From NCBI GenBank assembly GCA_903831455.1, contig CAIKXV010000192.1, positions 8,281 to 72,280 on the forward strand: DNA of 64,000 nt. Reading direction: 5' to 3'. Positions 9,129-18,545 of this stretch are shown here, piece after piece. How positions within the stretch are numbered: position 1 is the first letter of the stretch; each line of letters begins with the position of its first letter. The notes under the pieces were generated by a model. The model saw nothing but the letters and a program-made list of their open reading frames with translations. It had not been told where the DNA came from and did no database searches. This DNA comes from an uncultured Pseudomonadota bacterium (GTDB taxonomy: Bacteria > Pseudomonadota > Gammaproteobacteria > Burkholderiales > CAIKXV01). Both the position numbers and the translations under genes were made by a program.

Positions 9129-10757
9129 CTAGCGCCCGGTGGCCGGAGCTCTTCGGCGACGGGCGATCCTCGCGCCGATGTTCCCGGCGCGTTGCGCCTC
9201 GCCGAGGATCTCTGCGCGCACGTCGGTGATCTCCTGCGCGTGCGACGTCTCGGCGCCCTCGCAGGGCTCGGGCAACGGGCAACGACTGCTGCGCGGGCAG
9301 ATCACGCGCGCAGGACGCTCCAGCGCGTCCTGGACCCACGAGATGTTGAGCACTGCCGCGGCGCCGGCGATCGCCTTCGCCGCGCTGGGCGGGATGCGGG
9401 AGGTGCCGTGCCGGGCGAGGCACGCGCCGCCGATCGCATCGACGATGTCCGCCGCCTCCACGCCATGCGACTCGAGCGCGGGTGAGAGGTCGACGCCGAC
9501 CGACAGGACATGCGCGTTGCCCGCCATGTCCTTCACCCGCCGGGAATGGCAGCAGTAGAGCAGCGACTGCTCCCCGTCGCGCAGCACCGAGATCTGCGAG
9601 CCACGGTCCGGACCTGCCGAGGATTCGAGCATGCGGAACACCGCCCACTGCGGACAGGGGTCGCCCACCCGCGCCATGTTGCCCCAGGGCAGCGGGATGC
9701 CGTTGCCCCGGTAGACCGCGCGCAGGAATCCGGGCGGATAGGCGTCGAAGAAATGCCAGTACGGATACGGCGACACCTTGGTCATGCGCCGCATGACCAG
9801 CGCGGGCGTGAGCTCGAGCCGCTCCCCTGCCTCGACCCGATAGCCCTCGCGCAGCAGGAACCGTCGGAACGGGATCTTCGGGCACAGCAGCGCCCCGGCG
9901 AAGAAACTGCACTCGAAGTCCCGCCACGCGTGCAGCACGTCCTGCGCCGACAGGCCCGCCACGAGCGCCCCTCCGTCCGGGCTGCCTCCCATGTCGCCGC
10001 CGGTGGCATGCGCGGACTTCATCCCGTCGCCGTCGTGCAGCACCTTGTGCGCGAGGTGCGTGGCGATGTCGAACTTCAGTCGAGCGGGGTCGGACTCGAG
10101 GTCGCGATTCAGGTAGACGGTGCCGGGCGCCTCGTAGAACGAGCGGAACACGCTGCGCAGCTCGCGATCCCCGTCACGGGCCAGCAGCGGCTTGCGGTCG
10201 AACCATCGCACGGTCAGGCCATGCCCTGCGCACAGCGCCAGCAGGTCCTCGACCCCCAGCGGGAAGCGGCGTCCTCCCACGCTCTCGGCCGCCCGCTCGA
10301 GGTCGGGGAAATCGTTGCGGGACATCTCCTGGTGCGAGCGAATCAGCAGGTGCGCGAACTGCCGGCCTGTAGTCCCGGTCTGCGCGAGCAGCTCGGGAAT
10401 CGCCGCCTGAAGCAGCGACTTCGAAAACAGGAAGGCGGGTTCCAGCGGCACCGCCTTCGCGCCCCCCGGGCGCTGCCGCGGCACCACCGCCTCGACCTCG
10501 GGTGCGCCATCGAGGAACCAGCGTGCCGAACGCTGGAACAGGCGCGAGAGCAGGCCGATCACCTCGTCGGAGGGCACCCGCTTGCCGCTCTCGATCATGC
10601 TCAGGTACGACACCGAGGGGGCGGCCTGGGGATCGAGCTGCGAGCAGCGGGCCGACAGGTCCTCGAGGGTGAGGCGGTTCTGCTTGCGCAGCGTGCGCAA
10701 CTTGGCCCCGAGGAAATGGCTGTTCCGGGAGGATCCGGCGGGGGCGGAGGCCGTCAT
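9129..10757 (-). CDS. XRE-family HTH regulator of the ScfR/PrpR/RamB type (HTH + ImmA/IrrE-like + Cys-rich C-terminal domain)
   Basis: 542 aa. N-terminal LGAKLRTLRKQNRLTLEDLS...SYLSMIESGKRVPS (XRE HTH), a central DIATHLAHKVLH segment, and C-terminal cysteines (CPQW, YCCH, ICPRSSRCPLPEPCE). This is compatible with the Fe-S-binding short-chain acyl-CoA regulators. Confidence 0.6.
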   Translation of the reverse strand: MTASAPAGSSRNSHFLGAKLRTLRKQNRLTLEDLSARCSQLDPQAAPSVSYLSMIESGKRVPSDEVIGLLSRLFQRSARWFLDGAPEVEAVVPRQRPGGAKAVPLEPAFLFSKSLLQAAIPELLAQTGTTGRQFAHLLIRSHQEMSRNDFPDLERAAESVGGRRFPLGVEDLLALCAGHGLTVRWFDRKPLLARDGDRELRSVFRSFYEAPGTVYLNRDLESDPARLKFDIATHLAHKVLHDGDGMKSAHATGGDMGGSPDGGALVAGLSAQDVLHAWRDFECSFFAGALLCPKIPFRRFLLREGYRVEAGERLELTPALVMRRMTKVSPYPYWHFFDAYPPGFLRAVYRGNGIPLPWGNMARVGDPCPQWAVFRMLESSAGPDRGSQISVLRDGEQSLLYCCHSRRVKDMAGNAHVLSVGVDLSPALESHGVEAADIVDAIGGACLARHGTSRIPPSAAKAIAGAAAVLNISWVQDALERPARVICPRSSRCPLPEPCEGAETSHAQEITDVRAEILGEAQRAGNIGARIARRRRAPATGR

Positions 10758-10760
10758 CGC

Positions 10761-10822
10761 GTGTGAAATTTACAGTGTGAAATTTCCGCTCGAAAATTCA
10801 CCGTGGTTCGCGTGCTGATAAT
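10761..10822. promoter_or_regulatory. AT-rich divergent promoter/operator: GTGTGAAATTT direct repeat x2, an inverted GAAAATTCAC copy and a GATAAT -10-like box
   Basis: GTGTGAAATTT at 10761-10771 and 10775-10785. GAAAATTCAC (near reverse complement of GTGAAATTT) at 10792-10801. TGCTGATAAT ends at 10822. The only AT-rich patch in the 133-bp gap between divergent genes 9129..10757(-) and 10891..12036(+). Confidence 0.45.
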
Positions 10823-10890
10823 GCGTCGCATCGGGATCGGTGTCCAGCGCGCAGGGGCGCGCCGGATCCCCCCTCACCTGGAGATCGACC

Positions 10891-12036
10891 ATGAAGCGTC
10901 GCGTGCTCGTCCTCGGAGCCTCCTACGGCTCGCTGCTCGCCACCAAGCTGCTGATGGCCGGTCACGACGCAACGCTGGTCTGCACCCGCGGCACCGCGGA
11001 GCTGATCGAGCGTGAAGGCACCCGGGTCCTGTTCCCGGTCAAGGGCGTGGAGGGGCTGGTCGAGATCGATTCACGCGCGCTCCCCGGTCGCCTGCGGGCG
11101 CGCACCCCCGAGGCGGCTGACCCCGCCGGCTACGACCTGGTCGTGCTGGGCATGCAGGAGGTCCAGTACGGCAGCGACGGCGTACGGGAACTGATGGCGC
11201 GCATCGCCGCCGCGCGCGTGCCCTGCTTCGCCATCATGAACATGCCGCCGCTGCCCTACCTCGCCCGCATCGACGGACTCGAGTCGGATTCGCTTGCGCA
11301 CTGCTACACCGACCCGTCGGTCTGGGACGGGTTCGATCCCTCGCTCGTCACGCTGGCCAGCCCCGACCCGCAGGCCTTCCGCCCGGCCGACCGGCCGAAG
11401 AACGTGCTGCAGGTCGGCCTGCCCACCAACTTCAAGGCCGCGCGCTTCGAGCTCGACGAGCACACTGCGTTGCTGCGGCAACTGGCCTGCGATATCGATG
11501 CGGTGCGCTACCGCCACCTGGGCGCCGACATCGAGATCCCGGTGAAGCTCAAGGTGCACGAGTCGGTGTTCGTGCCGCTGGCCAAGTGGCCGATGCTGAT
11601 CGCCGGCAACTACCGTTGCGTACGCGCCGACGGGATGATCCCGATCCGCGACGCGGTGCACGGCGATATCGCCGAGTCACGCGGCATCTACGAGTGGGTG
11701 GTGGGGCTGTGCAGCCGGCTCGGCGCCGATCCCGCCGACCTCGTGCCGTTCGAGAAATATGCGGCGGCCGCAGCCGGGCTCGCCAAACCGTCGTCGGCCG
11801 CCCGCGCGCTGGCAAGTGGCGCCGAGCACATCGAGCGGGTCGACAGCCTGGTCGACCGGATCGCGGCCGGGCTCGGCGAGGGGTCGACCACGCTGCGCCG
11901 GATCGTCGATCGGGTCGATGCCCGCCTGCGCGTGAACCGCGCGTCCGCGAACGCGGACCAACTGGCCCTGATCGGCAACCTGCTGGCGACGTCGCGCGCG
12001 TCCGAGTCGGCGGGATGGCCGCGGGTGTCGGCCTAG
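10891..12036 (+). CDS. NAD(P)-binding oxidoreductase, ketopantoate reductase (ApbA/PanE)-like
   Basis: ORF 10840..12036; ATG 10891 after CTGGAGA. N-terminal VLVLGASYGSLLATKLLMAGHDATLVCTRG (Rossmann-like) and C-terminal KPSSAARAL resembling the ApbA_C KPSMLQD segment. The assignment is tentative. Confidence 0.45.
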   Translation: MKRRVLVLGASYGSLLATKLLMAGHDATLVCTRGTAELIEREGTRVLFPVKGVEGLVEIDSRALPGRLRARTPEAADPAGYDLVVLGMQEVQYGSDGVRELMARIAAARVPCFAIMNMPPLPYLARIDGLESDSLAHCYTDPSVWDGFDPSLVTLASPDPQAFRPADRPKNVLQVGLPTNFKAARFELDEHTALLRQLACDIDAVRYRHLGADIEIPVKLKVHESVFVPLAKWPMLIAGNYRCVRADGMIPIRDAVHGDIAESRGIYEWVVGLCSRLGADPADLVPFEKYAAAAAGLAKPSSAARALASGAEHIERVDSLVDRIAAGLGEGSTTLRRIVDRVDARLRVNRASANADQLALIGNLLATSRASESAGWPRVSA

Positions 12037-12265
12037 GGGCGATTCGGCCAGATGGCGCACCTCGCTGCCGGGCGCGGCGCGGCCGACACACGCCACCGGG
12101 GACCTCGTGCGATCACTGCAAGCGCCATGAGGCCCCGATCGGACGCGCGCGACCCGACCGCGCCGATGAATCGGCGCCCGCGGGTGGACGACGCACGTGC
12201 CGTGCGCTCACGGCCGAGGGATTCGCCGCTCGACGCGTACCCGCCCGGCACCGGTACGCGTGCGT

Positions 12266-13048
12266 CTACCAGCGGATGCCCACGCCGAGCATCACTCCGC
12301 CGAAGGTGAGATCGATCCGGGTCGAACCGTCCTCGTAGTCGACGCGGAGTTGCCGGTAGCCGACCCGTCCCGAGTAGGTCTTCGAGAACGCGTACTCGGC
12401 CCCGGCGTGGAACTGGTAGCTCAGCCGTGACCCGAGCCCGAAGCCGCCGAGATCCGCATAGCCGAGCAGGCTCCAGCGATCCGTGACCGACTGGCGCACG
12501 CGGAAACCGATCACCGGATCGGTCCAGTCGCGCGCCGGATTGAGTCGCCGCTGAACCGGCCCCGAGGTCACGTCGACGCTGGGATCGAGCGAATAATGGC
12601 GCAGGCCGCCCACCAGGTCGGTCGTGGTTTTCCCGTCCGACAGCCGCCAGGTGCCCCCCGCCGACAGCACGGACCCGCTGAGCGAGGCATCGAATCGCAC
12701 CCCGGGCGTCGCGAGCCCGGGCGCCAGCTTGATCCCCACGCTGTCCGAGAAACTCAGGTAGATCACGTCGCCGAACAGGCTCCAGCGATCGCGTCGCGCC
12801 TCCAGCGTGCCCATGAACGCCATGTCGAGCCGGCTGAGCAGGCTGTCGAAGGAGGCATCGACCCGCGGCGGAGCACCGGTGAGCGAACCATCGCCGAACT
12901 CGCCCTTGATGCCGGCCAGCCAGAGATAGGGGGTGGCCTCGAAGCGCCAGGCGTCGCGTGGCAGCGTGAGCTGCGCGTGGCCGGGCGCGGCACCCAGCGC
13001 GACGATCGCCGCGACCATCACTCCCGCAACTCGCTTGAACGTCTTCAT
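12266..13048 (-). CDS. Outer-membrane beta-barrel protein
   Basis: 260 aa with GGGAGGGA RBS. Signal MKTFKRVAGVMVAAIVALGAAPGHAQ, alternating-hydrophobic strands, and C-terminal ...MLGVGIRW with an aromatic last residue. Confidence 0.7.
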   Translation of the reverse strand: MKTFKRVAGVMVAAIVALGAAPGHAQLTLPRDAWRFEATPYLWLAGIKGEFGDGSLTGAPPRVDASFDSLLSRLDMAFMGTLEARRDRWSLFGDVIYLSFSDSVGIKLAPGLATPGVRFDASLSGSVLSAGGTWRLSDGKTTTDLVGGLRHYSLDPSVDVTSGPVQRRLNPARDWTDPVIGFRVRQSVTDRWSLLGYADLGGFGLGSRLSYQFHAGAEYAFSKTYSGRVGYRQLRVDYEDGSTRIDLTFGGVMLGVGIRW

Positions 13049-13653
13049 GATCCCTCCCCGTACAGACAGCCCACCGCTGGCACCGGCCCGACCTCGGCCC
13101 TGCGCGCAACCGGCACCCGTTCAGCGTCGATTGCGCCCGCTGATCGCGCAGTTGCCAACGAGCGCCAGGACTCGATTCGATGGCCCGACTTCCGCTCGCC
13201 CTGTCCTCCTCGGGCCGGCGAACCTGCGACCGCGGCAACTATGCCCATCCGAAGCCCGGCCGACACCTGCACGATGGTTCAGCCCCGCCACGCACCGGGG
13301 CCCGAGCGGTCGCCGTGATTCAGGCAGACCCCTGCCCCCGACGAGCGAGGCGGGGCCGCGTCGCGCATCGCACGCCGTGCCTGTGCGATCGCAATATCGG
13401 CAGCGATCGAGGATACGGAGCAGGCCGATGCGGACGGACACTCGCGCGAGGTCGTGATCGCGAGCGCCCTCGCCTGACCGCGCCGCCACGTGCACCCGGC
13501 CCGACGGCGCGGGATGCCTCCGGGATCAGGCCCCCGGATCTCGAGCACACGGCGTCGGCCGCGCAGCGCCCGCCACGTCGGCGGCAAGCGCCCGCAGGCT
13601 GGATATACTGGCGGCCTGCGCGAGCCGATCGGCACTGCCGGGGAGGTGCCTTC

Positions 13654-14490
13654 ATGCGTGCTTCAGTCCTCTTGTCGGGGGCCCTGCTGGGGGCGAGCGT
13701 CCTCTTCGACATGAGCCTCGCCGCCGCCCAGCCCTGCACGGACCTGCCGGCCGAGCGCCGCGTGTCCGATCAGCGGTCGGGTTGCCTCGCCTTGGTCCCC
13801 ATCGGGCCGCGCAACCTGCAGTCGCGGACGCTGATCGTCATGCTCCACGGAGACCGGGGCGGCGAACTCGAGCAGCGACACGTGGACAGCTGGCGACGGG
13901 TCGGGCAATCGCTGGCCGGCGAGGACCGGACCGTGCTCTTCATGATTCGTCCGGGCTACCGGTCTCCCGCCGGATCTTCCAGCGGCTACGCCAATCCGCA
14001 GGACGACGACTACACCACGGGCAACATCGCCCGGGTGGCGGGCGCGCTGGCGGTGCTGCGCCGCGAATTGCAACCCCGCCGCCTCCTGCTGGTCGGCCAC
14101 TCCGGCGGTGCCGCCACCGCGGCGCTGGTGCTCGGCCAGCATCCCGACGCCGCCGACGCCGCGCTCCTGCTGGGATGCCCCTGCGACGTTCCCCCGTGGC
14201 GGATGCACCGCAGCGCCCAACGCGGCCAGCCCTATCGTCCGTGGTCGGCCAGCCTGAACCCGCTCACGTTCGTATCCGGCATCCCGACGGGCACTCCGGT
14301 GCTTGCCGCGACTGGAGCGCGCGACGACAACACGCTGCCAATCTTCGCGCAGCGCTGGATACAGGCGGCCGCCGCGCGCGGCGTATCCGCCCGCTTCGAG
14401 GAAGTCGCGGACCACGATCATCAGGACATCCTGCGCTGGCCCGAACTGCCCGCGCGCGTGCAGGCGCTGATCGACGCGCTGCCACGGTAA
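13654..14490 (+). CDS. Secreted alpha/beta-hydrolase-fold protein
   Basis: Frame of ORF 13180..14490; ATG 13654 after GGGAGG. Signal MRASVLLSGALLGASVLFDMSLAAAQ, nucleophile elbow VGHSGG, and late D/H residues (GARDD, DHDH). Confidence 0.65.
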   Translation: MRASVLLSGALLGASVLFDMSLAAAQPCTDLPAERRVSDQRSGCLALVPIGPRNLQSRTLIVMLHGDRGGELEQRHVDSWRRVGQSLAGEDRTVLFMIRPGYRSPAGSSSGYANPQDDDYTTGNIARVAGALAVLRRELQPRRLLLVGHSGGAATAALVLGQHPDAADAALLLGCPCDVPPWRMHRSAQRGQPYRPWSASLNPLTFVSGIPTGTPVLAATGARDDNTLPIFAQRWIQAAAARGVSARFEEVADHDHQDILRWPELPARVQALIDALPR

Positions 14491-14713
14491 GCCGCCGCTC
14501 CGTGCTCCCGCACATCACGACAGGCGCATCCCCGCGGCGCGTAGTCGGGACCCCGCACGCCGGGGACGGCCGGCGCGCGTCATCGCACGCCAGTACGACC
14601 GAGAAGGCAGCAGCGGCCGAAGGATCTGCTGCAGCGACCCCCGGGGGTTGTCGGCGGCAGGCGAGCGGCCGGCGGGAGCCATGACACCCCGACCCGACCG
14701 CCTCCGAGGCGGA

Positions 14714-15703
14714 TCAGTCGGGGCGGATGTTCGCCTCCCGTCCCACCCGCCGATAGAGTTCGATGTCCTCGCGAAGGAACTTCGCGAACTCCCCGGGGGA
14801 TTCGAAATACATCGCGATCCCCTGCGTGGCCATCTTCGCGCGCGCATCCTCACGGCCCGATAGCTTCTGCAGCGCGACGCCCAGGTTCGCGAGGACCGTC
14901 TTCGGCGTACGCACCGGCGTCAGGACGCCGTACCACTGCGACATCTCGAGGCCCGGAAGCCCGGCCTCGGCGGTCGTGGGCATGTTGGGCGCAAGCGGGT
15001 GGCGCTGCTTCGCGGCGATCGCCAGCCCCCGGAGCCGGCCGTTGCGCATGTGGGGGTCGGCGTTGATCATGTTCATGACCATCATGTGCACCTCGCCGGC
15101 GACGATACCCGCGACCGCACTGCCGCCGCCCTTGTAGGGCACGTGGACGACCTTGGTGCCGGCCAGCGAGTTGAACAGCTCGCCGCCGAAGTGGGTGGTG
15201 CCGGCGGCCCCGCCCGACCCGTAGTTGAACTTGCCCGGGTTCGCGCGTGCGAGCGCCACGAACTCGGCGAGCGTCTTCGCCGGGACCGAGGGATGCACCA
15301 CCACGGCATTGTCCACCACGCCGACCCGGCTGATCGGCGCAAAGTCCTTCAGCAGGTCGTAGGGAATCTTGTCGCGCAACGCCGAGATGATGGTGTGGTT
15401 GTTGCCGAGCATGCCGATGGTGTAGCCATCGGGGTTGGAGCGCGCGAGGATGTCCGCGCCGATCATGCCGCTGGCCCCGGGGCGATTGTCCACGATGATC
15501 TGCTGGCCGAAGTCCTCGCTGAGGTAGTGCGAGACCACGCGCGCGACCGGGTCGTAAGACCCGCCGACCACGAAGGGCACGATCAGCCGGATCGGGCGTT
15601 CGGGCCACTTCTGGGCAAAAGCCGACTGCGCAAGGACCAGGCCGACACCAGCCAGCGATGCGGCGGCAACACGGCCGCTGCGAAACCACGGTCGCACGGG
15701 CAT
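14714..15703 (-). CDS. Bug/TctC-family periplasmic solute-binding protein, orphan
   Basis: ORF 14714..15886; ATG 15703 with GGAGGAGG upstream. Motifs AQKWPERPIRLIVPFVVGGSYD, DNRPGASG, PDGYT, VPYKGG. Confidence 0.85.
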   Translation of the reverse strand: MPVRPWFRSGRVAAASLAGVGLVLAQSAFAQKWPERPIRLIVPFVVGGSYDPVARVVSHYLSEDFGQQIIVDNRPGASGMIGADILARSNPDGYTIGMLGNNHTIISALRDKIPYDLLKDFAPISRVGVVDNAVVVHPSVPAKTLAEFVALARANPGKFNYGSGGAAGTTHFGGELFNSLAGTKVVHVPYKGGGSAVAGIVAGEVHMMVMNMINADPHMRNGRLRGLAIAAKQRHPLAPNMPTTAEAGLPGLEMSQWYGVLTPVRTPKTVLANLGVALQKLSGREDARAKMATQGIAMYFESPGEFAKFLREDIELYRRVGREANIRPD

Positions 15704-16072
15704 GAACTCCTCCTCCGGTCGGGGCTCCGTCCCGGGCGATGCGCCCGACCGGTTCCCATCATGTGGATTCAGTCTGACACCCGCTGACGGCCCCGTCAAC
15801 GGGTGCGGTCCCTGCGGCTGCGAACGCGTGCGACACGGGGCGCGGCCCCGAGGCACGCACCCGGGCCGCTCGGCTACACTGGACATCGACAGTTGCGCGC
15901 GACCGGGCGGGTGACGCCCGTCGCGTGGCGCAGCCGACTATCCGGCCGCCGGGCCTCGCCATGCCCCGTCGGCCCAGCCTCGGGCCTGTTGCCCGCGCGG
16001 GGCCTTGCAGGCGGATGCCGCCGGCGAAGACGGGCATCGAAGCCTGGGCCGTGAACGAAGGAGGAGAGCCGG

Positions 16073-17050
16073 ATGATCGAACCGCACCGTTGCCTGATGA
16101 CGGGGACCCTCGCCGGATCGCTGGCACTGGCGGGCACCGTTGCCTGCGCCCAGGCACCCTGGCCCGCCAAACCGCTGCGCATGCTGATCGCGCTGGCTCC
16201 GGGAGGGGGCGTCGACACCACCGGCCGGGTACTGGCCCAGAAGATGTCCGAGCGCTGGGGGCAGCCGATCGTCGTGGAAAACCGGCCCGGAGCCGGCGGC
16301 GCGCTGGCCACCGAGGCCCTGGCCCGGTCGGCCCCGGACGGCTACACGATGCTGACCAACTCCTCCGGGGTCGCGATCACCCCCAGCCTGATGAAGCTGT
16401 CCTACGATCCACGCAAGGACATCGTACCGGTTTCGCTGGCCGTGATCTCGCCCGGCGTGATGGTGGTCCACCCGTCGGTACCGGTGAAGAACGTGCGCGA
16501 GTTCATCGCCTTCGCCAAGGCGCGCCCCGGCGATCTGCTGTACTCGTCGTCGGGTAACGGCACCGGCCAGCATCTGGCCGCCGAGTTGTTCAGCCAGATG
16601 ACCGGGGTGAAGATGTCGCACGTGCCCTACAAGGGCACGGCCCCCAGCATCACCGACCTCATCGGCGGGCGGGTCTCGCTGTCGATGGCCAGCGTGGTGT
16701 CGACGAGGCAGTTCTTCGAGAGCGGCAAGCTGCGCGCACTCGCCGTGCTCGGGGCGAAGCGCACCCCTGCTCTGCCCCATCTGCCCACCATCGCCGAGGC
16801 CGGTGTACCGGGCTACGCGTACGAGAACTGGTACGGCGTGTTCATGCCCGGGCGCACGCCGCAGGACATCGTCCTCAAGGTGCAGGCCGAGGTCAGCCGC
16901 ATCGTCCACGATCCGGACATCTCGAAGAAGCTGGTGGCACAGGGACTCGACCCGGTCGGAAGCACCCACGCGGAGTTCGTGCGCTTCTACGAGGACGAGA
17001 TCGTCAAGAACGGCCGCCTCATCACGGCCATCGGCCTGGAGGCCCGCTGA
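16073..17050 (+). CDS. Bug/TctC-family periplasmic solute-binding protein
   Basis: 325 aa with GAAGGAGGAG RBS. Motifs AQAPWPAKPLRMLIALAPGGGVD, ENRPGAGG, PDGYT, VPYKGT. The stop overlaps the next start (TGATG). Confidence 0.9.
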   Translation: MIEPHRCLMTGTLAGSLALAGTVACAQAPWPAKPLRMLIALAPGGGVDTTGRVLAQKMSERWGQPIVVENRPGAGGALATEALARSAPDGYTMLTNSSGVAITPSLMKLSYDPRKDIVPVSLAVISPGVMVVHPSVPVKNVREFIAFAKARPGDLLYSSSGNGTGQHLAAELFSQMTGVKMSHVPYKGTAPSITDLIGGRVSLSMASVVSTRQFFESGKLRALAVLGAKRTPALPHLPTIAEAGVPGYAYENWYGVFMPGRTPQDIVLKVQAEVSRIVHDPDISKKLVAQGLDPVGSTHAEFVRFYEDEIVKNGRLITAIGLEAR

Positions 17051-18498
17051 TGGCCGTGCTCGAAGGCGCGCCGACGCCCCCTCCCGACGCGCTGCTGACC
17101 GACATTGCCGACTACGTCAGCGACTACCGGATCACCGACTCGGCATCGCTCGCCGCGGCACGACTGTGTCTGTTCGATGCCCTCGCCTGCGCGCTGGAGG
17201 CACTCCACCAGCCGGAGTGCACGCGGCTGCTGGGTCCGGTCGTTCCCGGAACGCTCGTCCCGCAAGGCGCCCGCGTACCGGGCACCTCGCACGTGCTCGA
17301 CCCCGCCAAGGCGACCTTCGACCTCGGTGCGTTGATCCGCTGGCTCGACTACAACGACGCCTGCAACGGCATCCTCACGATGCACCCCTCCGACGGCCTG
17401 GCCGGGTTGCTGATGCTCGGCGACCATCTCTCCCGCCGCGTTGCCGCGCAGGGCGGACACCCCATGACGCTGGCCGACCTGCTCGATGCCGCGGTGCGGG
17501 TCTACGAGATCCAGGGCGCGCTGTGCTTCTGCAACGACTGGCGTGCGTTCGGCATCGACCAGCCGATGCTGTTGCAGGCCGCGGTCGCACCGGTACTCAC
17601 CCGCCTGCTCGGCGGAACCCGCCAGCAGGTGTTCAACGCGGTCACGCATGCCTTCGTCGACACCACGCTCTCGGCCATCCGGCATGCGCCCAACATCGCA
17701 TCGCGGAAGAACTGGGCCTGCGCGCGAGCGAGCGAGGACGCGCTGCGCATCGCGCTGATGGTCGTCGCCGGCGAGGCCGGATTCCCCTGGATCCTCTCCG
17801 CGAAGGACCTGGGCTTCGAAGCCACCCGCTTCGGCGGCGGCACCCTGCGTCTCGAAGCGCCACTCGGGGAGGCGGTGATCCAGCGCTGCATGTTCAAGCT
17901 GCTGCCGGCCGGCATGCATGGCCAGACCGCGGGCGAGTGCGCCTTCCTGCTGCATCCACGGGTCGCCCACCGCCTCGACGAGATCGACCGCATCGAACTG
18001 CGTTGCCACCGCTCGCTCAAGCGCATCATGGACAAGACCGGCGTGCTGAGAAACCCGGCCGATCGCGACCACTGCGTCCAGTACATCGTCGCGCTGGGAC
18101 TGCTGCACGGGCAGGTAGGCCCGGACGACTACAGCGACGCACGTGCCGCCGATCCACGCATCGATGCGCTGCGCGCGGAGATGAGCGTCACCGAGGATCC
18201 GGCCTACACCGAGGGGTTCTTCGATCCAGCCCGTCGCACCAGCGCCAACTCGATCGAGATCGTGTTCCGCGACGGCACCTCCACCGGGCGCGTGGAGCGC
18301 GAGTATCCGCTCGGGCATCCCGTGCGCAGGCACGAGGCCCTGCCCGCCTTGCGGCACAAGTTCGCCCAGTCGCTCCGGGTACTGCCCCAGGCGGCGGCCT
18401 CCCGCCTGCTCGGACTCTACGACCAGCCGCACGACCTCGACGCGATGCCTGTCCACGCATTCGTGGACCTGCTTGCCCTTCCGCCCGCAGTCGCCTGA
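17050..18498 (+). CDS. MmgE/PrpD-family protein (2-methylcitrate dehydratase-like)
   Basis: 482 aa. Features: LTDIADYVSDY, AARLCLFDALACALEAL, LIRWLDYND. Length and two-domain layout are typical of PrpD. Confidence 0.85.
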   Translation: MAVLEGAPTPPPDALLTDIADYVSDYRITDSASLAAARLCLFDALACALEALHQPECTRLLGPVVPGTLVPQGARVPGTSHVLDPAKATFDLGALIRWLDYNDACNGILTMHPSDGLAGLLMLGDHLSRRVAAQGGHPMTLADLLDAAVRVYEIQGALCFCNDWRAFGIDQPMLLQAAVAPVLTRLLGGTRQQVFNAVTHAFVDTTLSAIRHAPNIASRKNWACARASEDALRIALMVVAGEAGFPWILSAKDLGFEATRFGGGTLRLEAPLGEAVIQRCMFKLLPAGMHGQTAGECAFLLHPRVAHRLDEIDRIELRCHRSLKRIMDKTGVLRNPADRDHCVQYIVALGLLHGQVGPDDYSDARAADPRIDALRAEMSVTEDPAYTEGFFDPARRTSANSIEIVFRDGTSTGRVEREYPLGHPVRRHEALPALRHKFAQSLRVLPQAAASRLLGLYDQPHDLDAMPVHAFVDLLALPPAVA

Positions 18499-18545
18499 CT
18501 ACCCGCGGGTTGCAAGACCGCCCGATCCACCGGGCTGGAGCCGGT

